Shown: in pieces, positions 25,302-39,600 of the stretch
How positions within the stretch are numbered: position 1 is the stretch's first letter
Layout: each line of letters opens with the position of its first letter
Source: Proteromonas lacertae
Lineage: Eukaryota
Reading direction: 5' to 3'
NCBI GenBank assembly: GCA_002245135.1
Contig: NGBS01000296.1
Coordinates: forward strand, 124,001 to 188,000
DNA length: 64,000 nt
Made by a program: the position numbers and the translations under genes
The notes under the pieces: generated by a model
What the model was told of the DNA's origin: nothing
Databases searched by the model: none
What the model saw: only the letters and a program-made list of their open reading frames with translations

Positions 25302-28300
25302 GCTTCAACTAGCAGTAATACTGATGGTTTAATAAGTGGAACAAATCAAATAGCAAATACAACTCCAACATCTGCTAATACAACATCATCCGTACCTTCT
25401 GCACAGAGTAAAATGATCCCAATTGCTCCATTAGATTTTCCATTGTATTATAATGATGAGCTGATAGGAAATCAAGGTGATACTTACATAGACAGTAATA
25501 GTAATACAAATAGTGGAAATGGTTCAATTCAATTAATGAATTATAGTAATGGATATGATTCTTTAGATCTATCACAACAACAACAAACACCTTTACCTTT
25601 ACCACCCAATGAAATGATGTTGGATGAAGAGACTTTATATTATTTACAGATGCAACAACCTTACGATCAATATGGTCAATTAATTCCACCAGAACAATTG
25701 TTATTACAACAACAGCAATTACAGCAACAAATGCAAATGCAACAACAACAATTAGAAGGTAAAACAAAATCATCAAAAAGAAGAAATAAGAAGAATAAAG
25801 TGAAGAATATTCCTGTTGGACATAACCCAATAACACCTCCACCTCCATCACCTCCAATAACACAACAACAACAACAATCAAAACATAATAATAAATCAGA
25901 AACAATTCCAGTAATACCAGGTGCAATAATAATTGAGCCTAAACCAGATGCTCCTCCTCCCAAACCACCATTACCTCCTGTTTCAAAGGATAATTCATTA
26001 GCAGGAATGTTAAAACCTGCCAAGAATAAAAAGAAGAAGAATAAAAAAAACAAAGGGAATAATTCGATAGAGAATTCTACCACCACATCTCATAGGTCTT
26101 CATTCTCTTCAACTACAGACATATTGAAAGATGAAATCGTTGTTGATAATAATAACTGTAAAGATGAAGAAAAAGGTAAAGAAAAAAAAAAGGATGAAAA
26201 AAAAACGAATAATGTGAATAATAAAACAGAAGACAAATCAAATGACAAAGATAAAACAACAGAACCTGCTGTTACTCCAAATCCAATTAATAGCAATAAG
26301 AGTAAAAAAGACAAGAATAGCAATAATAAAAAAGACAATAATAATAGTCATATATCACCTCCTCAACCACCTTCACAACAACAATCATCAAATACAACAA
26401 CATCGACAAGTAAATCAAAGAAGAAGAGTAAAAAACAAAAGAATAATAACAATAATTATTATGAAAGTAGAATAGATATTGAAGAATTACCATCTATCAA
26501 TATAAGACCAGAACATCCATTAATAAATGCAATTCCAACATCTACAAACACATCTTCATCTTCTTCAAAATTGCAAGTATTACAACCACCAAACAAATTT
26601 CAATTAAAAGTGCAAAAAATGATAAATGATCCAAACAATCAAGTAATATATCCACGATTATATGATTGTATTTGGTGTTCATTGAGTTCAGTTAATTTGG
26701 CTAAGACAAAAAGGATATTATTAGATTGCATTAGAAGGAAAAGTCCATTCAATAGTAAATGTTATTTTGAATTAGCTAAACATTATTATAGGTATAAATA
26801 TATATATTATATAATGATAATTGAATAGTATAAAGTATTATGAAATGTCAGAAAAATATATTCGTAGTGCAATAATATTATCTCCAAATAATTACAATTA
26901 TTGGTTATTATATGGTTTAATACTGAAAAGTGAATCAGAAATAGATGATAATAGATTAAATGATGCTGTTTATGCCTTAAGACAAGCTTTGATTTGGTAC
27001 AATTTTTGTTATTCGTATAAACACCATGCAGATTCAAATGAATTATTACAGATGTTGGGGAATTATGCATATTGTTTATTTCGAACTGGTTTTGCTAAAC
27101 AGACAGTCAATTCGATAATAAAATATATATTATCATTTAATAAGAATGAATATAGTTCAATCTATTTACAAAGTTATATTGCGTATGAAGATGGTTCGAA
27201 TTTTGATAAGTTAATTACTCTCTTTCCACGATCTTATAAACTATTCCCTGTATATATATTATTAATTAATTGATAATAGAAAGATGAAAGTTTAAAGTCT
27301 TTATTTGCCAAAATATTAGATGTATGTATAAAGAAAGATTCAATTACAAGTGATTCAATTCATAGTGCTGATGATTTATTGCTATTTCAATCATGTATAT
27401 ATTATTATTATTATTATTATTATAAAATAGTATGTTTAGAAAATGGTTATGTTGAATCTGCAGTTTATTTATGTGAATTAGCTATTAAGAAAGATAATAA
27501 GAAAACAGTGTCTTATTTCAAATTAATGAATTTATATATAATTCAAGCAAGATATGATGATGCAGTCCATACTTGTCGAAGATGGTTATTCGCCAATTTA
27601 TATAAATGCTTTAACAGTTTACAATTAAAAGACATCTTAAATGTGATAGGTCAAAACTCATTACCAATTGATAATTTATTAAGTATTCAATATGAAAGTA
27701 AACCAACTGAATTAGATGCTAAAAAACAAGAGAAAGTAAATGAATTATGGAAAAATTTGAAGCCTTGTCAATTAATATGGAATCCTGAAAATGAACCATA
27801 TGCTACAATCTTAACAAGTGATGGAAAATTCTTTGATACTCCTTCTTCAAGTAGTAGCGGTAAAGCATTCAGTCAAAATGAGATGGAAATGTTAGGAATT
27901 TTATTTGTATTAGTAAAAGCATTATATTTAGCTGGAAGTTTAAGATTGATCCCTCCATTAATAAAGATGATAGAACCACTTCGATATAAACGAAAGATTG
28001 AAGATATGGAATATGTGATTGAATCTGATTATTATAAATATATAGCTCAATTATTATGTGAAACAGGAAGTGATTTACCTCGTTATATGATGAGTTCTAC
28101 TCCTTCTCCTTCTCCTCAATATCCCGAAATAATAATAATTGGAGATAGTCATGTATTATCAGCTGGTTGGAGAATAATAAAAATACATGGAATTGATGTA
28201 TTATTAAGAATGAAATATATAGATGGTTTAAAAGCTGAATATTTATTTGAAAATAATAATCGTAAAGAGAATAAGAAATCTTATCAACATTATAATTATA

Positions 28301-28752
28301 AATTATTATTAAATACAATAAAAGAAAAGAGCATTGTTATATTTGCATTTTGTGAATTTGATAGTATTTATACATTGATAGAGAAAACAACAAGTGATAT
28401 GTATAATGATGTAGTTGAAACAGCAAAAGATACAATAAAGAAATGTATAAATGAAATAAAACGAATAAAGAATGAAAAACTAATATTTCCAATTGTTCAA
28501 CCAGTATTACCAATATCCAACCATAGAAGAAGTTTGACAAAGTTATATAATGAAATATTGAAAAGAGAATGTGAGAGGGAGAATATAGCTCATTATATAG
28601 GTTTAAGTGATAATATATTGAATAGCAATTCAACATTACGAAGTCAATATGAATTAGATAAAGTTCATATTCATCCAGTGTATTTATATGATGTAGTAAA
28701 AGCACTAGAGAATTTGATTCCAATGAATTTATTACAAATTCCTCAAATATGA
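24317..28752 (+). CDS. Large protein: low-complexity N-terminal half, TPR-like helical region, C-terminal SGNH/GDSL-type hydrolase
   Basis: ATG 24317 (MRAKLSLND) spliced to ORFs 24498, 26821 and 27379. TPR-like AIILSPNNYNYWLLYG and YDDAVHTCRR. SGNH motifs IIIIGDSHV and ELDKVHIHP (DxxH). Confidence 0.7.
25254..25301 (+). repeat. (ACA)16 coding microsatellite (poly-Thr)
   Basis: Direct inspection; T16 in the translation. Confidence 0.95.
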
Positions 28753-28840
28753 TTAATTAATTAGTAAAATGTTGTTTGATATTGTTTTCAAATTACTATT
28801 TTGTATTTAACATTGTTTTTTTGTCAATCAAACCTCAAGC

Positions 28841-31229
28841 CTATATTTTAAAACAGTCAAATAAATCTGTCACTTTATCACTACCCCGTTTTTTTATCAG
28901 GGATGTATATTCGTCTATATCAACTAGATTATCTATTGAATGAATAAGATATTTATATATAAAAACATTAATATTTATTCTTTTAACATTATCATTTACA
29001 TCCATATATTTAAATAAATATTCTATTCCATCTAAATCAATATAATTATCACTTAAATCAAGGTTTGTTATCTCTTCATGAATATTCTTTAATCCATCCA
29101 ATAAATACCTCAATCCAATTGAAGTTAATCCCATTTCTATAAAATATATATTACTATTATTATATGTGAACAATTTAATTCTACAAATCCTTCATGATCA
29201 TAACAATACATTGATAAATGCAAATGTGGAGATAATATTTTCATTCCTTCATCTCCTATTTCATTTCCATATAATTCAAGACGTTCAAGTTTTTGAAATG
29301 AAGATAAATTGTTAATCAACATTTCTATACTTTTTGATGTTAGTTTATTATCTAAATAATAGAAAAAAATCAACTTATACTACTTAAATCCAATTCAATT
29401 ATTTCTCTTAAGTCATTTTTTCTTAAAGAAATGAATGATTTGAAAAAATCATCATCAATTTCATAGAAAATTATTGCATTATATTTTATATATTTTACTA
29501 ACTCAGGAATATCTTTGTCAATCAACAATTCTATACTTTCATTAAAATCAAACTTAATTTTTGAAATAGAAAATTTTGAGAATAATGCTTTTAATCCTTT
29601 TGAATGAATATTTCTGTTGTATGCAATATTTATTTTCTTAATATTTGGATATTTATATAATTCTTCTGATAATAGTATCATTGATTCATCATTTAACTTC
29701 ATATCATAAAGATTCAATTCATTATCTTCATTGATTAATAAATGTAAATATGGAATTAATAATGTGAAGCTTACTAGACCAATTGATTTACATATTTCAA
29801 TTTCATAAATGGAATTGATTTAACAAAGGATTCAATAAAATGATAAGTATGATCACAACCTAACAAATATAATTCTTCAAGATTTGTTAATTGAGAAAAT
29901 AATGATCCAAATAATGATTGATGTTTGACTGGAATATTAAGCCAATCTATATAAATAAATCACTTAGAATTATACCAAATTTGAATTTTGTTGGATTGAT
30001 TAATCTCATTATTCTAAAGAAGTATTTTATTCCTTCTTTACATAAACAAATACATTTTAAATCACATTCTATAATATCTTTATCATTTTCATTATTATGA
30101 ATATTAAATATCATTTCATCTAAATTTCCTCTTTTACATTCGTGATGGATTTGATATTCTATTTTATTTTTTATTGATTCATCTCTCCATAATTTCATCA
30201 TCAGTAATATCGATAATATTCTACTGTTAGGTTTGTATTTATATAATTCTATAAATTTATCTGGGAAAATCTCCCATTTACTGCTTTTACAATAGTAGTC
30301 TAATGGAAATCTTATTGGAAGTATCACAATATTATCATCACTTTTGAATAATATTTCTTTTCTTTCATTTAATATCTGATAATTATTTTCTATATCTCTC
30401 AAAAATCTACTCACTTTTATTACTCTCTCTCTCAACTCTTTCAAATTCATTCTATCTTCTTTTCCCATTTTCAATGTTCTTTCTATAATATCTATTATCT
30501 CATCATCTCTTATTAATTCTTTATTATACTCATTTTTTAGTATGTTCTTGATTGTTTCTGTTTTTGAATCATCTTCAGAAAATGGTAATTTCTTACAAAT
30601 CATTTCATATAATATACAACCAATTGACCAAATCACACTTCCATCATTCATTTCTAATCCTAACAGCTCTTCTGGACTTGTAAAGCATATATCGTATATT
30701 CTCATGTTTTTATCTTTTCTTAAAGTATCTAAACATAAATCACATAACTTTATTCTGTTATCTTCTTCACATATTATGTTACTACTCTTTAAATTACTCA
30801 CTACTACTTCACATTCACTTAATATCATCAATGTATCACATACTACACATATTATTTTACAAATATCATCACTTGACAAGCATTTATTCTGGATTATCTC
30901 TTCCAAGTCTCTTAAGTAATATTCTCTGCATATTAACATATATTCACTGTAATTATTCAGTTGAAAGATTTGAAATGGATAGATGAAGGAAGAACAGCAT
31001 TCTAACAATAAAGAGGATTTTTCATAGAATTTAAACACATTCTTTTCTTTTATTCCATCAATATTGATTATTTTTATCTCTTTCATCTCATTTTCATGCT
31101 TTACTACAACTTCTATCTCGAAATCACTCTTTTTTACTTTTTCTTTTATCTATAAAAATAAAACAACAAAAATACTATAGTATCAGAGGGTAATATTGAG
31201 CGTAATAGATTATTAACATAAGATTTCAT
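28841..31229 (-). pseudogene. Pseudokinase-LRR gene, copy B (kinase domain complete, LRR part disrupted)
   Basis: ATG 31229 (MKSYVNNLLRSILPSDTI), 26-nt intron 31150-31175. Kinase fold with VVSNLKSSN / DLC / FTSPEE / IWSIGCILYEM. A 45-nt deletion versus copy A at ~29785 gives a frameshift (TAG TAA). A GT>AT donor mutation lies at ~29165. Confidence 0.8.
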
Positions 31230-31340
31230 TGTGTTTTTAATTATATATACAAATACACTGTATTAAGTGTATTATTAATTCTTTCATTTATTTCATCATA
31301 AAATAGTTATATAAGGCATTAGCGAATTTTAAATATTGAA

Positions 31341-32966
31341 ATGTACAATAGTAATCAATATTATGATTATGATTCAAATTTTGGTGAAGCCTATTACACT
31401 TCTTCTGTATGTTTAGTATATGATATATATAATAGAGTGGGTATGGTAATTCATATGAAGTATAATCTATATAATATGACGAAATACTAGGCAGAAGAAG
31501 AAGATATACCTGAAGACTTATCTGTATTAATATAAATGATATAATTTAATAGAGTTTACCTCCAGCACTTAGAAAGATATATGAAGATAAATTGAAAGAA
31601 AAGAAAGTATATTTTTAATATTTTGATTGTTGAATAGTTACAGAAACAAGCTGAAAATGAAATGAATAAAAAGATAGAAGAAGAAAATAATGTTAAACAA
31701 AAATTTGAAGAAAAAACCCAAAATTCAAGCAATCAAACTGAACCTCCAATGACTTTACTATCAGATACCATGTATAATAATTAATCGAATATATGTTTGT
31801 ATAGTTATGTTAGTGGATTACCTCAAGAAATAACAGAAGAACAATTTTTATATTATTTTGCTCAAGTAGGAGCAATACATTTTATAAATGGTAATTACAA
31901 ATACAAATTATATAGAGATGAAAAAGGAGTTCCAAAAGGTGATGGAACAATAACATATGAATATCCTGCATCCGCTACATTAGCAATACAGTGGTTTAAT
32001 AATCAATATTGGGGAAATAATCAAATGCATGTAGAATTTGCACAAGCCAAATATAATCCATTAGAGAATAGTGTGGTAGATAATAATAACAATGTGATAG
32101 GTGCAAAAATACCAAATAATATATTTAAAAATTCACAAACTGATAGTAATTATGGAGAAGGTATATATATATATATATAATTGTATGTTTCTCTTGTGAA
32201 TAGTATTAAGAGGAAGAGGAAGAGCCATGCCATTAGTATTATCAATAAAAGCATCAAAACCAATACAAGAGAATGCCAAACCAGTAATAGGATCAACTAC
32301 ACCATTATTATTATCATCATTATCATCATCTTCTTCTTCTCCTGCTGTTATTGTGAATGGAAAGAATCTTTTAGATGATAAAGACAATTGGACTTGTCCA
32401 AATCCAGCTTGTAAGAATGTCAACTTTGCTAGAAGAATGAAATGTCATAGATGTGGAATGGATAAACCTGAAGATTTATATACTGCTCAACAGAAAGAAA
32501 GTATATTATTATTATTATTATTATTATTATTATGTGAATAGAATATTTAAAGAACCAAACAAAATATGGACCAGGAGATTGGTTATGTATTTCGTATATT
32601 TTATGTTTTTATTTAATATAATTGAATAGATGTTCAAATATGAATTTCAAGAATAGAACTCGTTGTCATCACTGTCATGCTGAAAAACCTCCAGATTTAG
32701 GTGTTAGAGATGGTAAAGCAGGTGGTTTTAATGAAAGAGATGAAAATATAGAGAAAATCCATCATAGTGAAAGTGATGATGATGAATATGATGATTTTGG
32801 TAGAAAGAAGAAGAAATATAGAGTGAAACACCAAAGTAATGATAAAGATGATAGTGAAAAAAGGTCTAATAGTCCATCTAATAGAGATTCACACAATAAT
32901 AGAAATTCATCTTCTTTATCTAGACATCATCACCATCATTCCCATCATCATTCATCACACCATTAA
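31341..32966 (+). CDS. TAF15/FET-like RNA-binding protein: RRM, two RanBP2 zinc fingers and a ZRANB2-like tail
   Basis: RRM IYVSGLP..LYRDEKGVPKGDGTITYEYPASATLAIQWFN. Zinc fingers DNWTCPNPACKNVNFARRMKCHRC and GDWLCISCSNMNFKNRTRCHHC. Tail GGFNERD..DEYDDFGRKKKKYR. Same layout as plant TAF15. Confidence 0.85.
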
Positions 32967-33048
32967 TAATAATAAAAGAAACAAATTAGAAAGAAAAAGA
33001 ACTACATTTTTTATTTTTTTTAAATAAATTGTTTAAAAATATTTACAT

Positions 33049-33568
33049 CTAAATTGTTTCTGGTTGAAATGATGAAGAAAAAGGTTCTGTTTTTGATAAA
33101 CCAGATGCTGAGTTAGCAACTTGTGTAGATAATGACAATAATGAACCTAATAAATACACAAATAAAACCTATACTTGTTTCAGTCTCATATCTTTTAGCT
33201 GGCACATATGTAGGTGATATTTTTCGCTTTTTGTTAGTTTTTAATGTATCATAATCAACAGCACATTCTGGACATGCCCAATGTCCTTCTGGTACAATTG
33301 GCATTTTAGGTCTAAAACAGCTAAGATGAAATGATAAATTACAGAAATCACAGAGTAAAATCTCACCTCCTCCAGCACATATTTCACATAAATCATTATT
33401 ATCCCCTGCCCAGAGAGGCATAATGGACATATCACTAACTACTAAACCATTAGGATATCTTTTAAAAGCTTCTAATCTTAGTGGTTCATTCAATATGGCA
33501 GGTGGAAGATTCTTTAAATTATCATCATTATTTGAAGCAGGTAATTCATCTCCAACAGGACAACTCAT
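33049..33568 (-). CDS. Small PHD-finger protein
   Basis: NNDLCEICAGGGEILLCDFCNLSFHLSCFRPKMPIVPEGHWACPEC is a C4HC3 PHD finger (CHD4/AIRE-like). One 3' intron; TAG 33049-33051. Confidence 0.85.
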
Positions 33569-33638
33569 TCTTCACAAAATCAAGCTTTATCAAGTTTTGA
33601 AATTTTAATTTCTATAAATCTTTTGCTATAACAACTAA

Positions 33639-36600
33639 ATGGATGACACTTCCTCTTACTATGATATAGGTCCTCCAGCAGATGAATCTAATAAAAATCA
33701 AGAAGTGAAGGGTGAAGATAATGGTATAGTAGATAAGAACATTCAGGAATATCAAGTTATAAAAGAAAAATGTAATGGAAAAGAGGATATTAATCCATTT
33801 CTGCAATGGCTACATCTAAACATTCCAATACTACCAACTACCCTTCTAGACATGAAATTGCTAGATGATGCTGTTAAATTCTTCTTAAATTCTGTATATA
33901 ATCTTTTAGTAAATATATTCTGATGATAGGAATGCAGTGACACTATAACAAAGAACATCCAGTCATCTCTCTATCAAATATTAGATTATATAAACTGTAT
34001 AACCACAAACAAACTTACAATAGAAATATTTCAACTATTATATTTACTTTTTGATGGATTTGAATCATTAATCAATCCTCAAGTAGTTGGTTTAGAAAGT
34101 AATAAATTATACGAAAAGACCACTTCAACTAATTTCATATGTCAACGTAACTTATATCAGAATAATGGTCATTCAATAATGACATTTGTATTTTCTACAA
34201 CAGTAACACATTGGTTTAAATATGATAATTATATCAAGGCAATGATTAATAAGAATTTAAATAGGAAATATGTTACATCTACTACAGAAGCAACTATATT
34301 AGAGTATATAACTGTATATATATATAGTTATAATTATGAAACGCACAAATTCCATTGTAAAAACAATGAAGATAATAGTGATATATATGTTGATTTATCT
34401 TATAATGATAAATCGTTAGAATTACATCCTGTTAATATGAAAGGACCAACTTCTCTTGTATTATTATTATTTATGTATTTCTTTGAAATAGACATTTTCA
34501 ATTGATGATATTGGTTATGTTATAAAATTTGATCGACATGGTGAAACGTATATATTTTCAATAATTATAAATTAATAGTGTTTCTTGTGATATTGTTGGA
34601 TATAGAGATGAAGGTCATATAGTGGCAATAAAACATCAAATTATACCAAAACCAATGAATTTTAATGATATAAACTATACATTAGATAAGTATATATTGA
34701 AATAGAAATATATTGAAATAGAAATATTATTACTTCTTGCACTTCAAAATAATAATTGCATAATCTGTAATGATCAACATATACCCAATTACTTACATCA
34801 TTATATGAATTATATAATAATGATCTACAATACAAGTGATGAATATTGGCATAAAGGATATATAATTAATTGTAATGATAAAGATGGTTATACTGTCTTA
34901 TTCGATAATCATAACATTATTCAGTATTTATAATATATATTTATATTTAATATAGATATCTTGATTTTAAAGATGTTTATTATGTATTATATACCTATCA
35001 ACCTGATTCTTCCAATGAGTATAATTCCATTTGGTCATTACCAGATCCATCACATAATGTCTCTTTATTGTGTGTCAATTCAATATACTACTTTATTTGT
35101 CATGATTATTTGTTTAATATGATTAAATGTTTCAATGAAATGGAGAAAATAGATGCAAAAACATTTAGATTATTCTTGATGTGCTTATTGCAAATTACTT
35201 ATTTCATTCCGAATGATGTTATTGGTTGTTACTGTGGTACAATGTTTTACAGAACAACTGATATGTATAAATTTAATTATTCTAATTCATCAATAGAATA
35301 TTAACCAATAAAATTGAAGTTAATGATATTATTAAGACAGTAATTAGTGATATATTATACGTATTAAAGCAATTCATGGTAAATATAGTAAATACCAGTA
35401 AAACTAACAAAGGAGTTCAAATATTTGAAAGAATGACATATTGTGAATTGAGTTTCGCTAAGAAATGTATGAAAACTCAATCGATTAGTTTGAAATTATA
35501 CGCTGCTGATATATATAATGATATAATAACAGTTATTCTTACAGCTGAGCAATGTATATCTTGTATTTTTATATATGAATAGATCATGATTTATCGAATA
35601 AAACTGGATTATCATCAATACAAATATGTAAATATATTATTGATAATGTATATATATAACTCATTTTTATTATATATAAATATATAAATAGTCAATTATT
35701 GATGATATTGTTGGAGTAAATATTCAAGCAAACCTCATCAAGCCATATTATTCCTTATTTAAATTGATAGTTCAACAGAATCAATTGAGTAAGGAGTTGT
35801 ATCATAAAATATGGTTAGCTTCAACTACTAATATATATGATGAAATAATCACTGAATTGTACAAGTTGATTAATTATATTGCAATGTTTATGAGTGATGA
35901 AAGTATCTATAAATATAATGATAATTAAATAGATATACAAAACGTATTTAATGAACTAATTTCATTGGATAAATCAAAATGGAATGAAAGAGTATATATA
36001 TTTTTTTAAATATTAATATTTTATTTATAGACTTTATCATTCTTATTCGATTTTACCAACACAATAACCAGAACTCAAATGATTCACAGTGATATTTATC
36101 ATAAGTATTTACAATATGGAGTGGATATTTACTTTGACTATATTAACAGCCAATTAGATAAATATAATAACATCATGTTATCTTGTGAAATGATTTCTAA
36201 TTTGTTACATAACTGTCGAGATGTTGCTGAATATATAGAGAATAAAACATTGAAATCAATTGAAGGGAAGATGAATCTAAGTACCAATTTGTATTTAATG
36301 AATTCAATTTTGCAGAAGTTATATCCGAATCCTGAATCAGATATTGATAATAAGAATACAATATGTAAGAAAAGAGAAAATATTATATCTGCTATTATAA
36401 ACAACAATTTATTTGAGTATATTTATTATCTGATTATTATTATTATTATTATTATTTATAGTTTATCACATATTGAATTTCCACCAGAATATGATTCAAA
36501 TATTGATTCAAAAACTACTTATTTAGGAAAACCATCTTTAGATTTGATGAATTATTTTCAAGTCAATTTGAAAGGTGATACTTATAAAGAATATTTAGAT

Positions 36601-39600
36601 GCATTGTTCAAAGCATTTGCTGTATTACCAACTACAAAATATAAACTAAGAGATCAAGTATAATCATATATACATATATTATATATTATAGATAATTGAT
36701 TGGTTCTATTCATTAATTCCAACCATTTTTCATAAACCAATGTCATTGTCATTAAACAAAATAATATTCATTTGTTTAAATGATTTCGTACATTCCAATT
36801 TGAAGAAATGTGATGAAAAGTTTATCTATTTATTTGAACATTATTTCCTGTATATATAATAATAATATCTTTATGTAATTATTTGTTAATAGAAATTACA
36901 ATATTAATAAACGTAACATCACTGCATCTGAAATGAAAATTGATTATTCAACACCACACGAAGGTATTGTACAACAACAACAACAGCAACAAAGTCCACA
37001 GATATTAGAAACTCATATTGAACATTTAACCAGAAATGAATTAGAAATGAGAGGATATGATGAACTATGGATTGTATATTTATATATTATTATTATTATT
37101 TATAATAGTTATATTTAATACCAAATATTACACTCAGATCAAAGTGTTTGTTGAATTTATTAGTTCAAATTAGTTTTGTGTATATAATATATATATATAT
37201 AATTATTATCTTTATATTTTATATCAATGAAATAGTACAACTTTGAAACCCAAAGATTATAATTCAATTATCACTGATATAATCAACAAATGTATTAATT
37301 ACAACATATCCAACCTCTCTCCTGAGAATATCGATTTGTTTAATGAAAATAAACATTTGTATTATGAAAAAGGATTAATATTTCTTCGTCTATACTTTAA
37401 ACAAGCAATTATCAATCCAAATTTTTATTTAATTGCCCTTGTGGATGATAAAACAAGAGTATCTACAACTGTATCTGTTTCAAGTGAAATGACTTTAAAT
37501 TATTTAATCTCTAAACATTTTCATAATGATTTTGCTACAAAATATGTTGTGGAAGTTGGAAATAGAACAATCACAAACCTTAACTCAAACCTTTGGGATA
37601 ATTACATATCAAAAGATACAGTATATTATTTATATTGATTATTTAATTCATTAATAGAAAATAATAGTAAAAGAAGTAACAGATAGTCAAACTTCTACCA
37701 AGCAATCATGCAAACTAGAAGAAGATACAGAGTTAAACCGTCCATTACTTACTCCCTTATCTCATTATAAGATATTTCCACCACAGCAATTAAAGCCAAA
37801 ACATCCATTTAATAACAATTATCAATCATCATTTCTGCCATTATTATTCAATATTCCTCACATTAATGATTATGAAATTACAATATGGAAAATATTAATG
37901 TCAATTCCAGTAGATAAAAAGTACTTTGAGAAATTAATGGATATTAGAAAATCAAGATATATTGAACATATTGAATGGACAAATCTATTAAATAGTAATA
38001 AAATGTATAAATATATTGTTAATATATTATTATACATAGTATTGAATTATGCTATCAGATTATGTATATTTATAATATAGCAAGTAATACAGACATGAAT
38101 CACTCTTTACCATATCCAAATAAAGCTTGGATCAATTACTTTATAGAGTTTGGTGGAATTGAATACTTACTCAGTTTGTTAATCAATAATATATTTAAAA
38201 CAAGATTGTTAGAATTGGAAGGTAAAAGTAAAACTCCAAAATTGGCTTTTTATGCATTTATATTAACCTGTAGAGTATATTTTATATATTATTATTTTCA
38301 AATAGATATTACATATATTATTAAAAGTACAACATGATTACATTAAGAAGCTTCCAATAGCAACCTATGTCAATGATATGATGGGATTACTTACAAAGAA
38401 GCGTAAGAATGTTGATGATGATTATTTAGCTGCTGGTTGTGTTAGTGGAATAATATTGGTAATTCAAAGTTTAATCGCCTTAGATTCAAAAGCGTTTAAC
38501 GTCTTTTTGGATTATAAAGATCTTAAAGAATGGTTGTGTGAAGTATTATTTGCATCTGATAATCAGTTTTATCAAAAAGAAGTTACATCACAGTTATATC
38601 AAATCGTAAGATATATTAATGATAAAAAATATAAAGATTATATCTTATCAACAATACTTAAGGAATTACTAGAAATATTATCACCTGATTATATACTATA
38701 TACATATTATATTCACTTATTATGTTCAATACTATATAGTTTCAAACATAATGATGATATTGAAGTATTAGATAAATTAAGTGATGATGAAGAAGATAAG
38801 GAAGAAGAAGAAGAAGATAGTATTGAAGTGAATATGGAAGATATTAAGGTAAATATGAATAGAAGATATAGTAAAGACTTATATAGTTTAGATATTAGAC
38901 AGTTACACACAAAAATATATAATTATATCATATCTGAAAAACATTTGAATGGATATATATTATTGTTAAGATATTTATATTTTGTATAATATTTTACATT
39001 GTATTATTTATAGGCATCTCAAGAATTAACATTTACTGATGAGTGTAAACACATTTTTACATTAATTATTAATAATGGATTATTTCCACTAAAAGATACA
39101 GATTATTTAATATCCAATGAAAGTGGAAGAAATGATGCTTATACTTTACTGTTGGAAGTAACTGAATATAATACTGAATATGTATCAATGTTATTAGATC
39201 AGTTATCAGTTATATATGATAATTACATGGTATTTTATTATTTTATATTATTGTAATAGACTCTATCTCCATTATCTGAAAGAAAGTTTTATTTCAATCC
39301 AGAATCAATGGTAAGAAGTAATAATGGTAATTGCAATAACAAAACTGGTTATTGTGGCTTAAAGAATCTTAGTGCAACATGTTATATTAACAGTTTCATT
39401 CAACAGTTGTTCAATATTCCTCCAATTAGACAAGCTATTCTTTCAATTAATATAGAGAATAAAGAATCAACACTATATCAATTGCAAGTATATCAATATA
39501 TATATATTGATATAGTTATTATTCACTCAATTGGCTTACTCACCCTTCACTTATGTTGATACTAAACAATTTGTATCAACATTAAGGAATGAAAATAATC

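Noticed and set aside
33997..34023. GT..AG 27-mer resembling an intron in the USP gene
   Set aside because: Splicing would create TAA, while the frame reads through unspliced.
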